Source: the human T2T-CHM13v2.0 reference genome, Homo sapiens
Assembly: GCF_009914755.1 (NCBI RefSeq)
Contig: NC_060928.1
Reading direction: 5' to 3' (one strand)
DNA: 64,000 nt
The notes under the pieces were generated by a model. The model made no database searches, had not been told where the DNA came from, and saw only the letters and a list, made by a program, of their open reading frames with translations. Every line of letters begins with the position of its first letter. Position 1 is the stretch's first letter. The position numbers were made by a program, and so were the translations under genes. Of this stretch, positions 55,843-64,000 are shown piece by piece.

Positions 55843-58800
55843 TTTCCCCCCTTTTCTTTTTTCAAATCTTTTGTAGAAAGCATTTTACAAAAAAATAAAT
55901 CTCTGGCTTCAGGTTTCATCTGATCTCTCATGGCTAGGATGGTTTATTTCTAGATGAGTAGGTCCCAAAAGCTCATTTTTAGCAGATTGTGAAGTCTCAT
56001 GTCCTGTGAAGAGAAAATAGAGGGGAGAAAGGGAGAAAAAACAACAACAAACGAACAATCCTGGAAAAATTGATATAGGCCACATTACTCTGAAGTCCAT
56101 ACATTAGTAGGCAGGTATGAAAGTGGTTTATGTATGTAAATGGGTTGCTTTTATTTTCTTTTAAGTTTAAGTTGTCTGGCTTCAGTTTGCAGGGTTTCAA
56201 GAAAGCACAGCTTAGTTTTCAGTGACTTCAAATTAGGAAAAATGGAAAAAAAGGAGAAAAAATTAAAAACATTATTTTGAAGAGTTGTAGCCTAGAAAAA
56301 TTACAATTCAGTCCAAACTGTAGAAAATAATAAACACTGAAAAATAAAACATTAGGCAAGACTAGAATCTAACAATAGGCATACAATCATTTTAAAACAT
56401 AATTTTTTTTTCTCAAGTTTCTCATTTTACTAAAGACAAATCATAGTAGAAATGGTTTGCTTACTATACTTGGCCTAATTATTTGTATACAGCACAGCAA
56501 GCATAATTATTTTTTACATAGGCTTTTAAATTGGCTTTGATGGAACTTTGTTCCATAGGATGAATCTCAGACAAGACTTTTTAAAGCCAAGCCCAGCCAT
56601 GACTTTGTGCCATCAAATACCTATGAACTGGGTGAATTACCTCTCCTCTTGAGGTTCCAAGATGAACCTGGGGGTTTCTGTGCCTGTCAGAAAGTAACAT
56701 TCTTCACTTACCACAGGTCAGAACCCCTGCACATGGACTGTGTACATAAAACATGAGGCCAGTTTTTCAAAAGGGCTTTATTGGCTCCATAAGTCAAGTT
56801 TATTCTTTAAAGGAAAGTACATCATTCCAGTCAAAGCCTTGGTAAAATAATTTCTCCAATTGTGTCCTGTTACAAATGAAAATATATTCTAATTACACTT
56901 ATGCAAATAACTGTATTGCCATAAGTTAACAATAGTCACAAATAGTTTCCAAATTCCAAAGGTAGAAAGAAACAAATATGCTCCAAATTTTATTCATAAG
57001 AAGTATACTAAATTGTTAAAAGCTGTCAATAGCTCAAAAGAAAAGTTCTGAAAAATAAAAAAAAGGATCAGCAAACATTTTAAGCAAAAGTCAAAAAGAT
57101 TGGTTCCATCCATGAAGTTAATTCCTGTTCTGCTTGAGACTCATGAACATTTTAGCTCTTCATGAGTCCTGAAAGCTTTTCCTCTATTCTGATGTCACTA
57201 TCCCCAAAGTTATCAGAAACCTGCATTTCAGAGCACCTGTTGGAGTTTTATAGCTGATTATAAAACCACCTTCTAAAGAGGCCCAAATAAGACAACAATT
57301 GTCCATGAATGAAAAAAAAGTTTTAAGGCAGCCATAGTTCAAAGACACAATTGACAAGGAAATTTGTTAACTCTGTGGCACACAATAATTTTAACATAAC
57401 AATTATGATTACTGATAATGTACACTGTTATATCAGAATTATAGGAGTTTCTCATAATTTTGGAACACATACCAATAACATATTCCTACAAATACAACCC
57501 AAAGAAAACCAAACAACATTTCATGTTTGACAAATGCTTTCTGTAAAATTTTTATACCAAATAAGCCAACATATGTGATTTTTGGACTTTAGGAAATCTA
57601 ATGTCTTAAAGGTTTAATTAGATTAGAAAAAGACATAATTTATAATTTAGTTTTGGGAAGTTCATCAAATATAAAAGGTTTAAAACACTTGGTATTACAA
57701 AAGAGGATTACAGGTCATTGTAAAGTCATTTATTTAACCAAAGTGATAACTCGAGGATTAAAAAAAAAAAAAAAAAAAGATGAAGACCTTCATTCTTTGA
57801 GATAGGAGACTTACTTTTCTAAACAAGCCCTAATAAAAATAGCAAGAAGCCAATTACTTTTCTTTTCCAAAATTTTGTAAACAATCTATAAAATTTAATC
57901 TTGATTATAAAATATAGCTTCCATAGGCCTTTTATAACCTTTATTAAGGAGTTGGTTAATGCTTCAAGAAAATCTTGTTAATCTGACACAGGGGGCCATA
58001 TACTGGTTTTGCATCAGTGTGCCTTTGACACTAATGATTAATTTATAGAGAAACTGAATATATTTTATTTTTCAAAATCGGCCCTTGTAATCTTACATGT
58101 CCACCACTTCCATGATAGTCACTGGGCCTTGAGGAACTTAATAGCTTTAATTCTTTTGCCCTATGTCTCAGGAATGCAGTTTATTTTGATTGGCATCTTC
58201 TACAGGGCCTGAAGATGAGGCTTTAATTGCTGTCAGTGTTTAAGATTTAGCAGGACTTGGTGTCCTTTTTAGACTTAGGAGTTAAAGCCCGTAACTCAGT
58301 ATTATAAGGACTTTAAAAGCACATACAGGAAGATACATGGATGTAATAGCCTTAATTAAAAAAAACATTGTATCTCACTTTTGTTAAGCAAACCAAAACT
58401 TAATAATAATATGACAATTTAATTACATAATTTAAAAAATATATATAAATCTTCTTATTGTGACTTACACTTACTGTTCATCACATGTTCAGACTTTTTG
58501 GTTTTCCTGAACATCCCTCCTTTTTAAACAACCAGTTATTTTATTTTAGGACTAAATTTACCACAGAAGATTATTTCTTAAATAAAATTATTTATCTTTA
58601 AGCTTTTTTACCTCAAAAAACAAAAACCTCTTAATTTTTACAACTTTCTTTACATATTTTTTTTACTCCTGGTTCCTTTTACCTTGTTTTATACATAATC
58701 TTTAAATAAACTTTGAATTAATCAAAACTTGTTCACCTTTTTTTAAAAAAGGACACTTTCTTTTAGCAAGAATGTTTTCCTACAGTATATATTTATTGGA

Positions 58801-59922
58801 AAATACTCAAATAATGAAATATCTATCATTTAATTTAATATAACCATATATTCTAAATTAAGACCAGTTTGACTACAAGTATTTATTCCATTACATTTAC
58901 TTATTTTATTGTAATTGTTTATCTAGATTATTTATGAAAACTGTGATAGTCATGATTTAAAGTTATGAAACTACCATTGGAAAATTATAATTGAGGCGGT
59001 GAAAAAAGATTGGACCTAACTGACTCCGTCTTGCTCTTAACATCCAAACTGTCCTTGTTCATTCCTGGGCATAGGCCAAAGTAACTTTGAGAGGAACTTA
59101 AAGTTTAGCTTTGAAACAAAGACAATAAGAGTCCTTTCCCAAAATAAACCTCTTTATTGGCTGTGAACCAAACTGCCTAAAACCACAGGATTAGAAGTTA
59201 AGGTAATCTTACTAAATTCAAGATGCAGCTATTTTCATTAAACCCATATAAATGTCTAATTTATTAAAAATTACACAAAGATCATTCTGATTTGGGCTGG
59301 GTTTATAGTTTTGTGTCTCCTATGCCAAATTTTGACACAAATATATTTGACAGAGATGAGTATAAAATTTACTTGATTAATAAATGCAACACAAATATAT
59401 GTTGGTTATTCCTTAAGACACTTTTAATATTACTTTACCAATAATTTTAAAGCTAGCTTATTTATTAAAGATTTTACTTAAGTTACATAAACTTGAAAAA
59501 GCATTTGACTAGTCGTTTCTTTTTTAGTAGCTGATTTAAGTGCTTTTATTTTCTTTAAGCCAATTAATTAGAGCTCTTTTATATATTTTTAGCAGTGAAA
59601 CATTTTGTACAGAACATATAAATACATGTCAATGTATATTAGGCATGACCATAGAAGTACATTTTATAGGTTTATAAAGAAACGCCCACCCTATTTTTTT
59701 TTTTTCTATCTTAGACTTTCAGATTCTTGATAACCTCTTTCACAATCCTAGGCAGTTGTCAGCTAAATAGCCTTAAATTTGCACATTAAAGGAAACAACT
59801 CAGGTGAAAATCAAATAGCAAAATTTGCATCATAAGGTACAGAGAGAAGAAAATCTGGTGGTGCTAGAGGGAGATGCTTTTATTTTTCTTTGAGCCAAAT
59901 TATACATAAAATTAAACTACAC

Positions 59923-60220
59923 TTTTTTTTTTTTTGTGATGGAGTCTTGCTCTGCAGCCCAGGCTGGAGTGCTGTGGCATGACCTTGGTTCACTGCAACC
60001 TCACCTCTTGGGTCCCGGTTCAAACAATTCTCCTGCCTCAGCCTCCTGAGTAGCTGGGATTACAGGCACGCACCACCATGCCCAGCTAATTTTTGTATTT
60101 TTAGTAGAGATGAGGTTTCACCAGGTTGTCCATGCTGGTCTTGAACTCCTGACCTCGTGATCCTCCCGCCTCGGTGTCCCAAAGTGTTGGGATGACAGGC
60201 ATGAGCCACCACGCGCAGCC
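59923..60220 (-). mobile_element. AluS nested in MER4-int
   Basis: Reverse Alu. TSD approximately acact(t/c)ttt. Small insertion gggtcccggttc in the right arm. Confidence 0.92.
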
Positions 60221-61249
60221 ACACTCTTTCTTGAAAACCAAAGAGTAGCCTCTGTTGCAATAGCTATTTTAGAAAAAAAAAAAAATCAGGTGAAAACAGA
60301 ATTCAGTCAACTAAGAAAAAGAAAAAGAAAAAACTTTTGCTCAAAAAAAAAAAGAAAAAGGTATTAGAGAAAAACACAAACATGAAGGCCTTTCAAATAC
60401 AAACTTGCACACAGACACTCATACATCTTGGATGCTAGCCTTTTAATTAAGTTGGCTTTTAATCACTGAGCTCCTTAAAAAATTTTTTTTGAAAATCTTA
60501 TTACCATATTTCAGCTAGGACAAAATGCTTCTATTTCAGAAGTACAGCCATTGCTCTTTCAGTTTGGTCTGCCTGGCATAAAGGTGCCCTTATTATGTAA
60601 ATAAAGCCCCTTAAGCAGTTAAAATTAAAATCTTTTCTTTTTTTTTTTTCTATTTTGCTAGCTGTTTTCCTCCCATTTCAGAGGCCTTGTTCCCTACAAT
60701 TTAGGGTTCCCCTTTGGATTTGACCAAGACAGAAACAAACAACAAAACAGTTCAGCAAAACTAACAATGAACACACAAATTATACGATTTCTGAGGGCTC
60801 TAAGTGTAAGCAGAAATTAACACCAGCTGGTTGTTAAATGCTAAATTTAGTCATTTAAAAGCAACCTGCAAGACAGAATCCCAAACCAGTTTCTTACCTG
60901 GTGATGGGTCTCAGGCTGTAGACCGCTCTCTACCATCCTAGAAGAAGGAAAAAAAAAACCTCATCTTCCCTGTTGGAAGCAAGCTCAAACTCCATAAAGG
61001 AGTTGTCTGCCTTCCATCATCATGGAAGCAAGAAAACCTGCCTTCCTGTTGGAAGCAAGTAAAACTCCCTCAAAAAGAGGAGTTGTACAGCAAAATAAAC
61101 TTTTGATCTCAACCAAATTTTTGGAGCTCAGGGATTCTCTGGAGGGGGTGCACGGCAAATTGTCCTATTGGTTTGAACCATAAAGTTAGCTCATGCTGGT
61201 ACCAAGCACCAACAGGATATTTGTCAAAGGTCAGGGGTATCTCCACTCA

Positions 61250-61269
61250 GAATCCCCCTGTGGTTACCA
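61250..61269 (-). other. Primer-binding site, tRNA-Arg(TCG)-like
   Basis: The + strand reads gaatccccctgtggttacca, versus the recalled tRNA-Arg-TCG 3' end GAATCCCTTCGTGGTTA-CCA. Lies a few bases inside the 5' LTR. Confidence 0.7.
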
Positions 61270-61272
61270 AAA

Positions 61273-61673
61273 TGTGAACCCAGAAAATCTGAGACAAGTC
61301 TCAGTTAATTTAGAAAGTTTATTTTGCCAAGGTTGAGGGTGTGCACCCATGACACAGCCTCAGGAATCCTGATGACATATGCCCAAGGTAGTCAGGGCAC
61401 AGTTTGGTTTTATACATTTTAGGGAGACACAAAACATCAATCAATATATGGAAGAAGTACGTTAGTTCCTCCAGAAAGGTGGAGAAAACTGAAAGCAAGC
61501 CCTCCCCCCGCCCCCTCTCCCTCCCCTCAGGGGCTTCCAGGTCACTGGTAGGTGAGAGACAGATGGCTGTGCCTCTATCTCTGTGAGCAGAGGGATGACT
61601 TCGAATAGAATGGAGGCAGATTTGCCCTGAGCAGTTCCCAGCTTGAAGGGGCCCAAGATATTTTCCTTTCACA
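61273..61673 (-). mobile_element. MER4 (MER4A-like) 5' LTR
   Basis: tgtgaacccagaaaatctgagac...tattttcctttcaca. 4-bp TSD ATCT at 55497-55500 and 61674-61677 brackets the whole provirus. Confidence 0.9.
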
Positions 61674-61739
61674 ATCTTAACCCTTAAACTGTTTTTTTTA
61701 AAGAAAAAATGTGCATGATTGGTGTTTAGTTTGAAAGAG

Positions 61740-61835
61740 ATAAGCATTATTAGTCATTTCTGTGACCTTCAACAAGTCACTTAATCATATTGTGCCTCAA
61801 TTTCCTCATATATAAAAAAGTGGTAATAATAATAT
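61740..61835 (+). mobile_element. MIR fragment (HERV-H insertion site)
   Basis: tgtgaccttcaacaagtcacttaatc...tgtgcctcaatttcctcatatataaaa is the MIR core. Confidence 0.75.
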
Positions 61836-62229
61836 TGTAGGAGCCAATGAAAAACCACCAAACAGGTTTTGTGTGAGCAATAAAGCTTTTAATCACATGG
61901 GTGCAGGCGGGCTGAGTCCGAAAAGAGTCAGTGAAGGGAGATAGGGGTGGGGCTGTTTTATAGGATTTGGGTAGGTAAAGGAAAAAGGGGGGTTGTTCTC
62001 TGGTGGGCAGGAGTGGGAGTCACAAGGTGCTCAGTAGGGGAGCTTTTGAGCCAGGATGAGCAAGGAGAAGGAATTTCACAAGATAATGTCATCAGTTAAG
62101 GCAGGAACAGGCCATTTTCACTTCTTTTGTTGTGGAATGTCATCAGTTAAGGCAGGAACCAGCCATTTGGATGTGTACCTGCAGGTCACAGGGGATGTGA
62201 TGGCTTAGCTTGGGCTCAGAGGCCTGACA
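61836..62229 (-). mobile_element. LTR7-family (HERV-H) 3' LTR
   Basis: Ends ggcttagcttgggctcagaggcctgaca, the reverse of the LTR7 start. Duplicated aatgtcatcagttaaggcaggaac U3 repeat. Left boundary approximate. Confidence 0.93.
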
Positions 62230-64000
62230 TTCCTATCTTCTTATATTAATAAGAAAAATAAAATGAAATAGTGGTAAAGTGTTGGGGTGGCGAAAATTTT
62301 TGGGGGTGGTATGGAGAGATAATGGGCGATGTTTCTCAGGGCTGCTTCAAGTGGGATTAGGGGCGGCGTGGGAACCTAGAGTGGGAGAGATTAAGCTGAA
62401 GGAAGATTTTGTGATAAGGGGTGATATCATGGGGTTGTTAGAAGAAACCTTTGTCTTATAGAATTATTGGTGATGGCCTGGATACAATTTTGTATGAATT
62501 GAAAAAACAATGGAATAAGATAAGGAGAAAAACAGGTATTAAAGGACTAAGAATTGGGAGGACCTACGACATCTAACTAGAGAGTGCCTAAGGAGGTTCA
62601 GCATAGCCCTGCCAGCAAAGATTATTTATTTACTTTAAGAGGGAGTTAAGAGTGGCAGTTTGGGGATAGCACCAGCAGATATCAGCTGTGGTGGCTTGGA
62701 GAAACAGTGTAAACAGGCAGTGTAAACAAGAGCAGGGCATTTATGAGTAGTTGACAACGGTGAATAGGAGTATGACTAGACAGAAGATAGTAGAGATAAC
62801 AGTTTTATTTTTTTTTGGTGGGGGCGCAGTCCCAGTTGGTCTAGTGTCTGGAATGAGACTGGGGCCTAATAAAAAGGAGCATCTATACAGGAGCTCAAAT
62901 GGCCTGTACCTTGTAGCATTCCGAGGACAGGCCTGAATTCTGAGAAGGGCAAGTGGTAAAAGTATTGTCCAGTCCTTTTTAAGTTGGTAGCTGAGCTTGG
63001 TGAGGTGTGTTTTTAAAAGACCATTAGTTCACTGAATACTAAGAGCCTGAGAAACTGCTTGGGTGATTTAACTAATAAAGGCCGGTCCATTACAGGACTG
63101 TATAGAGGTGGGAAGGCCAAACCGAGGAATTGTGTCTGACAGAAGGGAAGAAATGACCGTGGTGGCCTTCTTAGACCCTGTGGGAAAGGCCTCTACCTAT
63201 CCAGTCAAAGTGTCTACCCAGACCAAGAGATATTTTAGTTTCCTGACTCAGGGCGTGTTGAGTAAAGCCAATTTGCCAGTCCTGGGCAGGCAAATCCCCA
63301 AGCTTGATGTGTAGGGAAGGGAGGGGGCCTAAATAATCTCTGAGGAGTAGGAGAATAGCAGATGGAAGATTGAGGAGTTATTTCTTTGAGAATAGATTTC
63401 CACGATGGAAAGGAAATCAGAGGTTCTAAGAGGCAGGCTAGTGGCTTGTACTATAGCATAGCCTGCCTTTGCTGGTGTGTGGCGATTAGGCCTGGTGGAA
63501 CTGCCATCAATAAACCAAGTGTGATCAGGGTGAGGAACAGGAAAGAAGGAAATATGGGGAAATGGGGTGAATGTCAGGTGGATCAGAGAGATATAGTCAT
63601 GGGGGTCAGCTGTGGTATCAGGAATAATGTGGGAGGCTGGATTGAAGTCTGGGCCAGGAAAAATGGTAATTGTGGGAGACTCAACAAAGAGTGAGTACAG
63701 CTGAAGGAGCCGGGGAGCAGAGAGTATATATGTCAGGTGTGAGGAAGAAAATAGATTTTGGAAGTTATGAGAACTGTAGAGAGTGAGTTGAGCATAGTTT
63801 GTGATTTTAAGGGCCTCTAAAAGTATTAGGGTGGTGGTGGCCGCTGCACGCAGACTTGCGGGCTAGGCAAAACAGTAAGGTCAAGTTGTTTGGATAAAAA
63901 GGCTACAGGGTGCAGTCCAGGTCCCTGTGTAAGAATTCTGACTGCACAGCCCTGCACTTCGGCTGTGGGTAATGAAAAGGGTTGGGATGAGTCAGGGAGA
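62230..64000 (-). mobile_element. HERV-H internal region (deleted pol/env), continuing past the window end
   Basis: Minus translation gives RNase H PDHTWFIDGSSTRPNRHTPAKAGYAIV (~63450-63530) and integrase LGLPTSIQSCNGPAFISQITQAVSQAL and NGLLKTHLTKLSYQLKKDW (~62965-63130). Confidence 0.93.

Larger units (their letters stand above)
55843..61272 (-). mobile_element. MER4-int non-coding ERV1 internal region
   Basis: Bounded by the two LTRs. AT-rich with no gag/pol/env motifs seen. PPT at 55843-55856 and PBS at ~61250-61269. Confidence 0.85.

Noticed and set aside
61319-61747. 142-aa minus ORF
   Set aside because: Lies across the MER4 LTR, which is non-coding repeat sequence.
63386-63694. 102-aa plus ORF
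   Set aside because: Antisense to HERV-H pol.

Overview
AT-rich primate (human-like, hominoid) genomic DNA, dominated by interspersed repeats. I could not recognise any host protein-coding gene, RNA gene or CRISPR array, so the window looks intergenic or deep intronic. The main content is five LTR-retroelement insertions, all on the minus strand: a decayed class III (ERV-L-like, probably LTR47/ERVL47) provirus with readable pol remnants (~0.5-4.5 kb), a THE1 solo LTR, a full-length LTR12C solo LTR, a complete non-coding MER4-type provirus (both LTRs, 4-bp TSD, PBS, PPT) and the 3' end of a HERV-H (LTR7) provirus that runs off the window. There are also 16 Alus, old L1/L2/MIR/MaLR fragments, a 3'-truncated L1 5' end with a disabled ORF1, and DNA transposon fossils. 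Most of the longer ORFs in the supplied track fall within these repeats. The most interesting observations outside the repeat catalogue are a candidate 9-nt plus-strand microexon at 8227-8235, a complex templated-insertion scar at 27.95-28.16 kb, and candidate minus-strand exons downstream of the LTR promoters. I found no well-supported novel biological system. Subfamily names come from my memory of consensus sequences and need RepeatMasker/Dfam confirmation.
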